Origin: Candidatus Latescibacterota bacterium | GTDB taxonomy: Bacteria; Latescibacterota; UBA2968 | Length of the DNA stretch: 64,000 bases | Assembly: GCA_965222605.1 (NCBI GenBank) | Contig: OZ244960.1 | Span: 2,112,001 to 2,176,000 of the forward strand | Direction: 5' to 3' | Shown: in pieces, positions 9,350 through 19,345 of the stretch | Layout of the letters: each line of letters begins with the position of its first letter | Position numbering within the stretch: the stretch's first letter is position 1 | Notes under the pieces: model-generated | What the model saw: the letters and a program-made list of their open reading frames with translations, nothing else | The model's database searches: none | What the model was told of the DNA's origin: nothing | Program-made: the position numbers and the translations under genes

Positions 9350-9379
9350 CCTGCCTGTGCGTGTACGCACGCAGACAGG
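9350..9379. repeat. 30-bp palindromic insertion CCTGCCTGTGCGTG-TACGCACGCAGACAGG
   Basis: In-frame insert with the same termini as the 25-bp element; removal gives MNKPTRLD. Confidence 0.8.
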
Positions 9380-9457
9380 TCGGTTTGTTCATCAAAACGC
9401 CTCCTCCTTCAGGTTGTGCGACTATAACTGAAGTTTAAGGAGGGAATACGATTTTGG

Positions 9458-10005
9458 CTATTCCTTTTTGCGTAAGTCCTGATTTATAACCTTATCCCCA
9501 TAGACAATCTCTTCTCTTCCCATTGGATAAGGTGTTCTTCCTTTCCAATCTCTCGCCCACTTTTTTGCAGACTGTCGAAAAGTCTCCTGGATCAGACGAT
9601 TGATTAAACCCACACCATGCGGTTCATTTCGCACGGGCGATAGGATTTGCCAATCCTCTATCTTGCCACACGCGCCAGGTTTTTCATTCTCCCCAGCCCT
9701 GAAATAGATCCTACCATTGTATTCATGTCCGCCGAGAGATTTTTCAAACGTTTCTGCATCCTCAATGCTATCCAGGCCCAGAACATCCACTAAAACATCC
9801 AATAGCTTCTTACGAAGATCTTCAGCGTTTTCCCATTGAACAAAGCGCAAATGTGCTGAATCGCAGTCTTCTTCAATTCGAGACCAGATTTCATCGGCAC
9901 CAGCATCCAGCACACGCCCACTGAACCATTCTGCCAGAAGCGTATCATCGCGCGACTGGCCAGTTTGAGTACGCTGGCGCATACTGGATGTCAGTTCAGC
10001 ATCTC
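9458..10005 (-). pseudogene. Internal fragment of a RecD/RecD2-like SF1B helicase
   Basis: AELTSSMRQ, WQILSPVR...GV..INRLIQ, GDKVIN motifs. Cut at an IS-end-like CAGGACTTACGCA (9481-9469). Confidence 0.65.
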
Positions 10006-10254
10006 AACCTTGCCCACTTTTACCTCACTGACGGAGCTTCGTGTCGACTGGAGAAGGTTGTCCCTATTCTAATTCAACTCGGTTTGCTGCCATCCGAAGA
10101 ACCAGGCCGAACGTCTGAAGAGGGTGTCTTTAGCAGGCTCTTCGAGGTTGAAACACCTGCTAAAGTGGAAGCCTTCCGACAGGCACTTACAGAGGATCCC
10201 GCTTCATAGTGCTGGCCGAAGGCGATGATATAGCCATCGGGATCGGGACCCGCG

Positions 10255-11427
10255 CTAATGTGGCAGGTAGTGCTCCGTGAAACTCTCCTTCACGACTTCC
10301 CTTTTGACCAGGTCGTCGATCTTTTCCTGAGAGTATCCGAGCTCAGACAGAATCTCTCTCGTATGTTGACCGAGCCTTGGATTGGGTGTGCACAGCTTCA
10401 GCTTTGCATGTTTGAATTTGGCATACGCCGGCGGGCCCAAATCCACGGCGCTTCCCGAAGGATGATCTGGCATTCTGACAACCGAAATGGACCGACCGTC
10501 ATCCCAGTCGCCCTTCAAGCCCGAAGTGACTTCATGGAGATACGTATCGCGAACGTCATCGAGGCAATCCACTCGATGGCATCCCAGGCCTGCCGCCAGA
10601 AACGCTTCCACCCAGTGTTTCACAGGCTGCTCGGATATCTTTCCCTCCAGGAAGCTTACCCTCTCCGACTCGTCCTCCTCGCCGACTACGGGGACACCCG
10701 TGAGACCCGGGACGGCCGATAGCAAACCGACTTCGGACTTCTTTCCGGCCAGGAACAGCGATCCGTCACTGGCTTGGTAGATTCTGTGCAGGCTGTGTTC
10801 GCCCACGGCATCCTGTCCCTGCGGTTCGTCGCCAGAGGAGGCCTTTTCAGACGAGTATATGAAAGGTGCTTGAACCAGCTGTCCTCCCTGGGCAAGGGAA
10901 GTCTGGACATACGCGCCTCCATTCGATGCGCCACTTCGCTTCAGCCTGAATAGCGCGAGTGCCGATCCCAACGTACCGGAATAGCCGGTAATGTAGTCGA
11001 TACAGGATGCCCAGCCATGGAGGATAGGCCTGTTTCCTTCTCCTGCGTACCGCATCTGAATACCGACAGAACCCTGAACCATCGGGTCGAATCCTGGATA
11101 GTGCATCCAGGGCCCAGGCTTGGGTCCACCCAGCGCGGTCATGTTTGAATAAACGATGTCCGGTTTATCCTTGCTGACCTCATCATACCCGATTCCCATT
11201 CGGTCAGCGACTCCGGTCCGGAAATTGTGCACGATCACATCTGCGGAATGGACCAGGTCTTTGAAAACCTTCAGGCCGTCATTCTCTTTGAGATTCAGAA
11301 GGAGGTGCCTTTTGCCCGGGCTCGCTTCCATCGGAAACCAGCAGAAGATCCGAGGGCCGAACAGCGGGTCCATCGTGTCAATTTTGATGACTTCCGCCCC
11401 ATACTCGGCCATCGAATGAACCTGCAA
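10255..11427 (-). CDS. CaiB/BaiF family III CoA-transferase, N-terminally truncated
   Basis: GAEVIKID, GKRHLLLNLK, ADVIVHNFRTG, PRLGQHTREIL. Lacks the usual N-terminal VLDL..AGP segment. Confidence 0.8.
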   Translation of the reverse strand: MQVHSMAEYGAEVIKIDTMDPLFGPRIFCWFPMEASPGKRHLLLNLKENDGLKVFKDLVHSADVIVHNFRTGVADRMGIGYDEVSKDKPDIVYSNMTALGGPKPGPWMHYPGFDPMVQGSVGIQMRYAGEGNRPILHGWASCIDYITGYSGTLGSALALFRLKRSGASNGGAYVQTSLAQGGQLVQAPFIYSSEKASSGDEPQGQDAVGEHSLHRIYQASDGSLFLAGKKSEVGLLSAVPGLTGVPVVGEEDESERVSFLEGKISEQPVKHWVEAFLAAGLGCHRVDCLDDVRDTYLHEVTSGLKGDWDDGRSISVVRMPDHPSGSAVDLGPPAYAKFKHAKLKLCTPNPRLGQHTREILSELGYSQEKIDDLVKREVVKESFTEHYLPH

Positions 11428-11491
11428 ATGAAGGCTTCCTAATACTGAAAAAATTTATAAGCATCACTTTCTTTAATTAACAGAGTTTTGC

Positions 11492-11520
11492 TTGACATAT
11501 TGGTTCAGTATATATATATA
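11492..11520 (+). promoter_or_regulatory. Sigma70-like promoter for TonB receptor locus 1
   Basis: TTGACA-17bp-TATATA; palindrome TTATATATAA at 11531-11540 just downstream. Confidence 0.6.
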
Positions 11521-11637
11521 GGGATTATGATTATATATAATTAGGGGTTATATCTGCACTAAAAACTAAAATTGATTGTTTAAGACTTCCAAGAGGTCGG
11601 TGTTTCCCAATTAGGGGCTTCTAGAAGGAGGGTGAGT

Positions 11638-14600
11638 ATGAACAGATTTCTCGCAACATTTTTGTCGCTGCTTATTGCGTGTGGTCTGGCAAGCGAAGCT
11701 TTTTCTGCTTCCACCGGAAAGATCTCCGGTAAGGTCGTCGGCACAAATGGCGACCCACTACCCGGTACGAACGTTGTCATTGTAGGCACCACCCAGGGCG
11801 CGTCCACCGATGGGAACGGGGATTACTTCATCCTGAACGTGACGCCGGGGACCTATACCTTGCAGGTGTCGTTGGTGGGGTACACGACGGTGACGCAGTC
11901 GGGTGTTCGTGTGAACATCGACCTGACGACTCCGGTGAACTTCTCTGGCCAGTTCGCGATGGCGGAAGAGGCGCTGGGTCTCGACGAGATCACCGTTATT
12001 GCGGAGCGTCCTGTGGTTCAGGCCGACATATCAGCGAATGTTCAGAATCTGACCGAACAGGAGATCGAGACGCTTCCTATCACGTCAATCACGGAAGCTG
12101 TCGAGCTGCAGGCGGGGGTTCTGACGAACCTATATGGTGACCTTTCCATTCGCGGTTCGGACCTTTCGGAGATTGCCTATACGGTGGATGGCCTGTCGAT
12201 GCGCGACGGTCGTGACAATACTCCAATGTCCACAGTAAGCGTGACGGCGATTCAGGATGTGAAGGTCCAGACGGGCGGGTTCAACGCGGAATACGGGAAT
12301 GTTCGTTCCGGGCTGGTGAACATCGTGACGAAGGAAGGCAGGAAAGACCGGTATTCATTCGATGCGTTCTTGCGGTATAGTCCTCCGCAAGAGGAGTTTT
12401 TCGGTCCGCATCCGAACGATATGAATGACCCCGGATATCTTCTGAAGCCTTTTCTCGATCCGAAGGTTGCCTTTCCTGGCACGCATACGCCGGAGAGCGG
12501 GTGGGACGTCTATTCTCGCCGCAACTATCCGGAGTCAACGGGCTGGAGCAATTTCGCCCTGGACCTCCTTGCTCAGCCGAGCAATCCGTATTATGGCGTC
12601 GGGATCGTAGACGATCCGAATGTCGATGAATCGACGCTCGATCCATCAGAACTCAGAGTGAACAACGACCTGCTGGACATCATGCTTTTCTACTTCCGTA
12701 AGGATTTCACCGTAAAGCCATCGAAACACGACATCGATATAAGCCTTGGCGGTCCTCTGTTGCCTCCGATGATGGGCGCGGATCTGGGCGGCCTTCGGTT
12801 CTTTGGCTCCGTGAAACGGGAACGTCGTCCTTACCTCTCATATTTCCTGATCAATTCGTATATGAACGACTTCTGGCGGATGAAGGTGACGTCGGATGTA
12901 CGGACGAATATCAAGGCTTCTGTCGAGTTCATGATCAACCGGGAATCCGGCTTGCAGCAGAATGAGCGTGGTTTTCCGCAGATCTTCCGGGGCAATGGGG
13001 CCCTGACGACCGTTGGCGACCCAACGGACAGGATTGGGGGCGGCTATTACGAGCCCCTGTATACGGATTCCTACTTCGGCGTCAGCGATCGAGAACGGAT
13101 CAATGTCGGATTCAGCATAACGCATGTGCTGAGCCCGAAGACGTTCTATGAATTCCGCGTTCAGCGGATGCATTCGGCCTTCGACCTGGATGTGCCCGGG
13201 GACAGGGACTTACAGACGGTTGTGAAGCGTTTTCCGAGGAATCCTGATTTTCCAGCTCCCGAGCCGATTCAGCAGGTTGTCGAAGTGACGCAGAACGAAA
13301 TCGGCCTGGCTGAAACCCCGTTTGGTTTTAGTTTGATTAACGAATCGTATAACCGAATGGAATTCGGTCAAGGATGGGCCGAAGCCCGTGACAGCTCGAA
13401 GGTGACGGTGTGGACGACGAAAATCGATATCACGTCGCAGCAGAATCAGGTGGCGCAGTTCAAGGCGGGCTTCGAGTATATCTTCAGCCAGTATCGAATT
13501 GGCCATGGCCATTTTGAGTTTCGCAGGGCGAATAAAACGCCGGGCTACGACTGGGACCGAGACCCGGCCCAGATCGCGGCGTATGTGCAGACGAAGCTTG
13601 AATTCAATGCGATGATCGCGAACCTGGGCCTTCGGTTGGATCACTGGAACGGCCGTGGAGACTGGTGGGTCTATGATGATTGGGCTTCTGCCTTCGGTGC
13701 GAAATTCGGGGAGGCCGAGTTACCGAATGTGCTGGAGCAGGCGCCCATCAAGAAGCAGACCTTTATCAGTCCGCGCCTGGGTGTCTCGTTCCCGATGACT
13801 GCGGACAGCAAGCTGTTCTTCAACTACGGTCATTTCCGTCAGATGCTGGATGCCCGCAATCTGTTTTCGATTTATTCCTCCGACAGTTTCGCCATCATGG
13901 AAATGGGGAATCCGAATCATCCGATGCCTCGCAGCATCAACTACGAGCTTGGTTTCGAGCAGAATCTGTTCGATCGCTATCTTCTGCGGTTGAGCGGGTA
14001 TTACAAGGCGAACGACGAGCAGCCGAATCTCGTGTCGTATACGAACCTGGATCAATCGGTCAATTACTCGTTTTCGGAGCCGTTGAACTATGACGATATT
14101 CGCGGCTTCGAACTGACGATTCGCAAGCGTCGCGGCAAGTGGGTTGGCGGGTTCGTGAACTACACGTTCATGCAGACGAAGGATGGGAATTTCGGCTTTG
14201 GTTCGCGGTTCGAGAACCGGTTGTCGCAAGCTCAGTTCATTCGAGACACGCGTTTTCATTACCAGAACAAGCCTGTGAGCCGTCCGTTCGGGAGTGCGGC
14301 GCTCGAGTTCTACACGCCACGTGACTACGGGACGAAAGTTGCGGGCTTCCATCCTTTGGGGAACTGGGAAGCTGCTTTTCTGGTGAACTGGCGTGCCGGT
14401 CAACACGAGGACTGGTTCGGTCCAGAAGAAGTATCGCTTTCAGGCGTGTCGAACAACGTGCAGTGGAGAGATTTCTGGAATTGGGATCTACGACTGACGA
14501 AGCGATTTGGGAATCTGGCCACGCTGTACATCGATGTTGAGAATCTGTTCAATCAGAAGCGCCTGAACCCGGGATCCTTCGGTGGTCAAGGCTCGTTTGG

Positions 14601-15030
14601 CGACCGGGGCCTCTATATGGCGTCGCTGCACCTGGATCCGGAAAAGGCGTTCGCGGGTCTGACGGATGCTGAGATTCCGTATGGGTTTCCTCCTGGCGAT
14701 GACCGTCCTGGCGATTTCCGAACGGACGATCGGTTCGTGCCGATCGAAATCGTGGGGAAGGCGGCCGATCTGCCTGCCGACGGACTTCCTGGTACTGCAG
14801 AGATCACTCCGGGCCTGCCTACGGGACTGGAGCCGGACCGTCGCCTGCTGTGGTATGTCGCGGACTCAGATACGTATCAGGAGTACCGGAACGGGAGTTG
14901 GGGCGTTGCGGATCCGGGCTTTCTCAAAGAGGTGCTGGACAAGAAGCTGTATATCGACATGCCGAACCCACGTATGGGGCGTTTCCTGTTCCCGCGGAGA
15001 GTGTTTTTCGGCCTCCGTTTCTCCTTGTAA
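11638..15030 (+). CDS. TonB-dependent receptor with N-terminal carboxypeptidase-regulatory-like domain
   Basis: Signal peptide; GKISGKVV..GDPLPGTNV; plug IRGS..YTVDG..GGFNAEYG..SGLVNIVTK; SPRLGVSFP; C-terminal PRRVFFGLRFSL. Confidence 0.92.
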   Translation: MNRFLATFLSLLIACGLASEAFSASTGKISGKVVGTNGDPLPGTNVVIVGTTQGASTDGNGDYFILNVTPGTYTLQVSLVGYTTVTQSGVRVNIDLTTPVNFSGQFAMAEEALGLDEITVIAERPVVQADISANVQNLTEQEIETLPITSITEAVELQAGVLTNLYGDLSIRGSDLSEIAYTVDGLSMRDGRDNTPMSTVSVTAIQDVKVQTGGFNAEYGNVRSGLVNIVTKEGRKDRYSFDAFLRYSPPQEEFFGPHPNDMNDPGYLLKPFLDPKVAFPGTHTPESGWDVYSRRNYPESTGWSNFALDLLAQPSNPYYGVGIVDDPNVDESTLDPSELRVNNDLLDIMLFYFRKDFTVKPSKHDIDISLGGPLLPPMMGADLGGLRFFGSVKRERRPYLSYFLINSYMNDFWRMKVTSDVRTNIKASVEFMINRESGLQQNERGFPQIFRGNGALTTVGDPTDRIGGGYYEPLYTDSYFGVSDRERINVGFSITHVLSPKTFYEFRVQRMHSAFDLDVPGDRDLQTVVKRFPRNPDFPAPEPIQQVVEVTQNEIGLAETPFGFSLINESYNRMEFGQGWAEARDSSKVTVWTTKIDITSQQNQVAQFKAGFEYIFSQYRIGHGHFEFRRANKTPGYDWDRDPAQIAAYVQTKLEFNAMIANLGLRLDHWNGRGDWWVYDDWASAFGAKFGEAELPNVLEQAPIKKQTFISPRLGVSFPMTADSKLFFNYGHFRQMLDARNLFSIYSSDSFAIMEMGNPNHPMPRSINYELGFEQNLFDRYLLRLSGYYKANDEQPNLVSYTNLDQSVNYSFSEPLNYDDIRGFELTIRKRRGKWVGGFVNYTFMQTKDGNFGFGSRFENRLSQAQFIRDTRFHYQNKPVSRPFGSAALEFYTPRDYGTKVAGFHPLGNWEAAFLVNWRAGQHEDWFGPEEVSLSGVSNNVQWRDFWNWDLRLTKRFGNLATLYIDVENLFNQKRLNPGSFGGQGSFGDRGLYMASLHLDPEKAFAGLTDAEIPYGFPPGDDRPGDFRTDDRFVPIEIVGKAADLPADGLPGTAEITPGLPTGLEPDRRLLWYVADSDTYQEYRNGSWGVADPGFLKEVLDKKLYIDMPNPRMGRFLFPRRVFFGLRFSL

Positions 15031-15037
15031 TCAGATC

Positions 15038-15064
15038 GTAGGGGCGAACCTTGTGTTCGCCCCT
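15038..15064. repeat. GTAG-type REP-like palindrome
   Basis: GTAGGGGCGAAC-CTTGT-GTTCGCCCCT between the receptor and the next gene. Confidence 0.7.
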
Positions 15065-15134
15065 TTTCCGCCAGGACGTTTCGAAATCCAGGAATTCGAA
15101 CCGAATGATCAACCGCAACAGCAGGAGGTTCCAG

Positions 15135-17315
15135 ATGAGTAAACCAGTAAGGCGTTCTGGACTGATTGCCTTTGTATTGGCAGCAACCGGCGCACTGTTC
15201 TTTGGACTGCCGGCAGATGTATCGGCACAGGCAGATTTAGTATGGTTGGATGTTGGCGACTTCCACTACTTGTATTCCTCGACAGGGACGGAACCTTCAG
15301 GTATGTTTCGATCTCAGATCAAGTTTTGGCCCGGCATCTACCATCTTGAAGGGGGCACGCACGTTCGGACTCGGATGTATATCGCGGCACGCGATTGGAC
15401 GGATGATACGGGGCAGCTCTGGCCTTTCAAAGCCTCCCGAGCAAGCCCTCGTAACTTCGATCTGGGAGAGCATTTTGGGTACACGATCGAGCTGGTTGGT
15501 AGGTTTCCCAAGCCGGATGTCTTCGTGGATGGCTTCCAGTCGTTTCTTCGTCCGACGGTGCTGACCCGGGTGGATCCGACGATCAAGGCGGACCGGATCG
15601 CAATCAGATCGGCGAACGCGGATATGGGCATTACCTGGCATACCACGATCTATGCCTTTTCGAACGAACATCATGATGATTATCACATCCGTGAGATCAC
15701 GTTTACCAATACCGGGAATGTGGATGAGGATGAAGAGATCGAGTTGCCGGACCAGACCCTGAATGAAGTCATGTTTCATTTTGGGGGCAAGGAGCACTAC
15801 TGGGGTCCCCGTCGTGTGACGAACCAAGGTGGGTCCTCAACGATGTGGGATTATGTGGGGGACGGGAAAGAAGATTACGGTGAGAAGTGGGCCGGAATCC
15901 GAACGATGCTCGGTTGGCTCAGTAACGGTACTCGCGTGACGTTTCTGAACCGCATCGGCGGTCCTACCTGGCGAAGCGTTTCAGGCCCTTCGCGTGCATC
16001 TGGCAGAACTGTGGAAGCCGATACGCTTGGTCGCCTGGGTGCCGCCAACATGATCTTCCACGGCACCCTCCATGCGGATACGAGTCCGTCGGATGAAACC
16101 AACGATATGAATCAGCCCGCGCATACCGGTTGGCTCCGGGGTGGTGATCCGCTCACCAATCCGGACCTCCACAATGAAAGCCAGTACGAACTCACGTATG
16201 CCTACCTGCATCCGGACATGGACTACGCGGAATACGGGAGGCCGGGCATCGATGGGCATGAGTATCCCCATTCTGCGGATCGGGCTGCTCCGGAAGAACC
16301 CGTAGGGCCGTGGGATTCGGAGCAATGGTTAGAACGGATGGGGAATCAGACCGATCTGTCTCTGATTGGGAGCAGCGGCGGTCGCTGTCCGAGTTGGGCC
16401 ACCGGTCCATATACGCTTGGTCCGGGAGAAGATATCAAATATGTCTGGGCGACGGGAATGGCGGGACTCCAACGGGATGTGGCCGTCAGCGTGGGCATCG
16501 ATTACAAAAACTCCGGATGGGATGACGATGCAATCATCGAATATGAAGGTCAGGCGATGACGAAGAATCGCTGGGTCCTGTCGACGCGGGACTCGGTGCT
16601 GTCGAACCTGCGGAAAGCGGAAGCCAACTGGAAGTCGGGCTTCAACATTCCGCATCCTCCGCTGCCGCCGAGCCGGTTCGAAGTTGTGTCTGGATCGGAT
16701 AAGATCGCCCTGTCCTGGGAGGTCTTCCCGAATGCGGATCACACGGGCTTCGAAATCTATCGTACGCGGAACCTGTATGAAAGCAGCGCCGAAGACCTGT
16801 GGAAGTACAGGTTGATTGCAGAACTTCCGGCCAGTGCTCGAAGCTACGACGATACGGAAGTCGTGCGCGGTAGGGATTATTTCTACTATATCCTGTCGAC
16901 CGGCCCTGTGAAGACCGATCCAACAGGGACGTCGCCCCCGACGGCGTTGAAGAGCAGCCGCTATTATACGCAGACCTATGATCCCGCCAACCTGAAGCGT
17001 TCGCCCGGAAGTACGTTGGCTGAAGTTCGGATTGTTCCGAATCCGTTCGTTTTGGAAGCCGATCAGAATATCCGCTGGCCGGACCAACAGGACAAGCTGG
17101 CGTTCTTTGAGATTCCAGGCAACTGTACGATCAAGATTTACAGCGAAGTTGGAGAATTGATACATCAGATTGAACACTCTGATGGCACTGGCGATGAATT
17201 CTGGAACCTGACCACAGAGTCCAATCAGGTGATTACCAGCGGTATCTACTTCGCCGTGATCAGAGATCTGGATTCCAACGAAAAAATCATTCGGAAATTT
17301 GCGATCATTCGATAA
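15135..17315 (+). CDS. Secreted protein with FN3-like domain and T9SS-CTD-like C-terminus
   Basis: Signal peptide; LSW..GFEIYR..YDDTEV..DYFYY FN3 pattern; VPNPF...IKIYS..GELI...WNL...SGIYF...RKFAIIR CTD-like tail. Confidence 0.8.
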   Translation: MSKPVRRSGLIAFVLAATGALFFGLPADVSAQADLVWLDVGDFHYLYSSTGTEPSGMFRSQIKFWPGIYHLEGGTHVRTRMYIAARDWTDDTGQLWPFKASRASPRNFDLGEHFGYTIELVGRFPKPDVFVDGFQSFLRPTVLTRVDPTIKADRIAIRSANADMGITWHTTIYAFSNEHHDDYHIREITFTNTGNVDEDEEIELPDQTLNEVMFHFGGKEHYWGPRRVTNQGGSSTMWDYVGDGKEDYGEKWAGIRTMLGWLSNGTRVTFLNRIGGPTWRSVSGPSRASGRTVEADTLGRLGAANMIFHGTLHADTSPSDETNDMNQPAHTGWLRGGDPLTNPDLHNESQYELTYAYLHPDMDYAEYGRPGIDGHEYPHSADRAAPEEPVGPWDSEQWLERMGNQTDLSLIGSSGGRCPSWATGPYTLGPGEDIKYVWATGMAGLQRDVAVSVGIDYKNSGWDDDAIIEYEGQAMTKNRWVLSTRDSVLSNLRKAEANWKSGFNIPHPPLPPSRFEVVSGSDKIALSWEVFPNADHTGFEIYRTRNLYESSAEDLWKYRLIAELPASARSYDDTEVVRGRDYFYYILSTGPVKTDPTGTSPPTALKSSRYYTQTYDPANLKRSPGSTLAEVRIVPNPFVLEADQNIRWPDQQDKLAFFEIPGNCTIKIYSEVGELIHQIEHSDGTGDEFWNLTTESNQVITSGIYFAVIRDLDSNEKIIRKFAIIR

Positions 17316-17335
17316 CAGGCCAGGAGAAGATTCCA

Positions 17336-18385
17336 ATGAAAAAGATCACTGTATTGATGATGTGTATGCTGGGACTGCTCTTCTATCTGCCTGCCAGCGC
17401 GCAGAACGATGCGGATGATGCTGAGCCTGTTGTCATTGAGCCAGGTCAGGACATCCCCAGGGAGCGAAGGGCGCAAACCGGATTCAAATTTCTGGGCGTA
17501 TCGCCAGATGCGAGAGCAGCTGCCATGGGGAATGCTTTTTCCTCCATTCGAAGCGGCTCTACGGCCATGTTCTACAATGCAGCTGCGATGGCCTATTACG
17601 ATCGCAAGTTTGATGTGGCCGGCGGCCAGGTCCAGTGGATCGCTGACGTCAATTACATCACCGGTAGCGCAGCATTTGTGACCAACTTCGGCGTATTCGG
17701 CCTTTCTCTAGTCGCGGTGGACTACGGTGATTTTTTGGGAACAGTACGCTTTGACAATGCGAAAGGGTTCATAGATACCGGTACCTACAGCCCTTCCGCG
17801 TTTGCACTCGGCTTTGGCTACGCCAGAGCCATTACGGACAGGTTTTCCGTTGGTGGCGACCTCAAGATCGCCAGACAGGATATGGGTGCAGTACCTATAT
17901 CAATTACGGGGACGAACCCTTCTCTCAAGGACTTCAAAGAAACAGCAGTTATTGTGGATTTCGGGGTTCTTTACTGGACGGGATTCAAGAGCCTGAATTT
18001 CGCCCTTTCTACGCGCAATTTTGCGACCGAGAGAAAATTCAGTGAAGAGAGCTTTGAACTGCCGCTCACGTTCCGTATGGGATTATCGATGGACCTGGTT
18101 GATCTGACGGGGGTTGACAAGGAGATACATTCGTTCCTGTTTGCAATCGATACCGAACGACCTCGCGACTTCAACGAGAACGTCAAGATGGGGGCGGAGT
18201 ATACAATTATGAAGACCCTTTCACTGCGGATGGGTTATACATTCCCATCTGACGAGGAAGGCATTTCCCTGGGTGTTGGGATGCGTCGCGATCTCGGTGC
18301 AAGGGACGTTGGATTTGACTACGCTTACACCGATTTCGGCGAATTTGATGCCGTTCATCGACTGGGAGTCCACGTAGGTTTCTAG
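17336..18385 (+). CDS. porV: PorV/PorQ-family outer-membrane beta-barrel
   Basis: FLGVSPDARAAAMGNA, FYNAAAMA, LPLTFRMG, GAEY, DYAY, C-terminal F. Confidence 0.85.
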   Translation: MKKITVLMMCMLGLLFYLPASAQNDADDAEPVVIEPGQDIPRERRAQTGFKFLGVSPDARAAAMGNAFSSIRSGSTAMFYNAAAMAYYDRKFDVAGGQVQWIADVNYITGSAAFVTNFGVFGLSLVAVDYGDFLGTVRFDNAKGFIDTGTYSPSAFALGFGYARAITDRFSVGGDLKIARQDMGAVPISITGTNPSLKDFKETAVIVDFGVLYWTGFKSLNFALSTRNFATERKFSEESFELPLTFRMGLSMDLVDLTGVDKEIHSFLFAIDTERPRDFNENVKMGAEYTIMKTLSLRMGYTFPSDEEGISLGVGMRRDLGARDVGFDYAYTDFGEFDAVHRLGVHVGF

Positions 18386-18511
18386 GTGAGAAAGGACCTC
18401 ACTGTGGGTTGAGCTCTGTACCGATGTGGAGTAGAGCGTGGATAGGGGAATTCTAACTCAGGTCCGGTTATCGTAACCTTGGCAAATCAACCGTGTGAAT
18501 AGGAGGCAAAA

Positions 18512-19300
18512 GTGGCCAAGAAATTGGAAGGCAAGGTCGCCGTCGTTACCGGCGGTAACAGCGGCATCGGGGAGGCCACCGGCAAGGTGCTTGCCCGGGA
18601 GGGTGCAAAGGTGGCACTGCTGGCTAGACGTCAGGACAAGGGTCAAGCCGTGCAAGACGAGATTCGCGAGGCAGGTGGCGACGCCACCTTCATTACCTGT
18701 GACGTCAGAGACCATGAGGCCGTCGAGGCGGCAATAGCGCAAACCGTCGAAACCTACCGAGCGATACACATCCTCGTTAACAATGCTGGCGGCGGGGCGT
18801 TTGGGGGAAAAGCCGGGGAACCGATGCGGTTGGAGGACAACGAGACATGGGACCGCGTAATCGCCGTCAACCTGACAGGCCCGTTCTACGTAACCCGGGC
18901 CGTGTGGCCGCATATGGCCGCCGCCGGCGGCGGCGTAATCACCAATATCTCATCCGGCGCCGCCGGGTCGGGCTTCACCGAGAAGATGCTGGAGATTCGC
19001 GGCGGTTTCGATGTCTCGAGCTACGCCGCGGCCAAGGCCGGGCTCGAGGGCTTTACCCGCGTCACCGCCAGCATGGGTGGGCCGGAGAACATCAGGGTCA
19101 ACACCATCCGGCCGCGCCTCATAGTGGACAAGGAAGGGCACCACTGGCTCGAACACGTACGCGAGTACGTCCAGATTCTGGAGGGAAAGGTGCAGGCCGA
19201 AGATATCGCCAATACCGTGCTCTTTCTCAGTTCCGCGGACGCTCGCTATGTCAATGCCGCGACTTTGGAGGTCGGCGGCGGATGTGTTTCCAACATATAG
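18512..19300 (+). CDS. SDR-family oxidoreductase
   Basis: TGGNSGIG, LVNNAG, NISS, YAAAK. Confidence 0.93.
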   Translation: MAKKLEGKVAVVTGGNSGIGEATGKVLAREGAKVALLARRQDKGQAVQDEIREAGGDATFITCDVRDHEAVEAAIAQTVETYRAIHILVNNAGGGAFGGKAGEPMRLEDNETWDRVIAVNLTGPFYVTRAVWPHMAAAGGGVITNISSGAAGSGFTEKMLEIRGGFDVSSYAAAKAGLEGFTRVTASMGGPENIRVNTIRPRLIVDKEGHHWLEHVREYVQILEGKVQAEDIANTVLFLSSADARYVNAATLEVGGGCVSNI

Positions 19301-19345
19301 CGCGCCGCAGCCCCACCTGGCCACCTGCCCTCGCCCAAGATACGC

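Larger units (their letters stand above)
8915..9430 (-). mobile_element. Truncated IS701-family element; transposase pseudogene with ATG at 9392
   Basis: Removing two inserts gives MNKPTRLDYCQYLLSSPINYTLTHFADH...IFDDTVLDK...YSGNAKGVINGIGVV...DYRIY...KTKLDH, truncated at ~8915. Putative left end CAGTTATAGTCGCA at 9430-9417. Confidence 0.8.

Noticed and set aside
9988-10209. 73-aa plus-strand ORF
   Set aside because: Probably another gene shard (EKVVPIL...GVFSRLFEVETP looks protein-like), but there is no credible start and I cannot assign a family.
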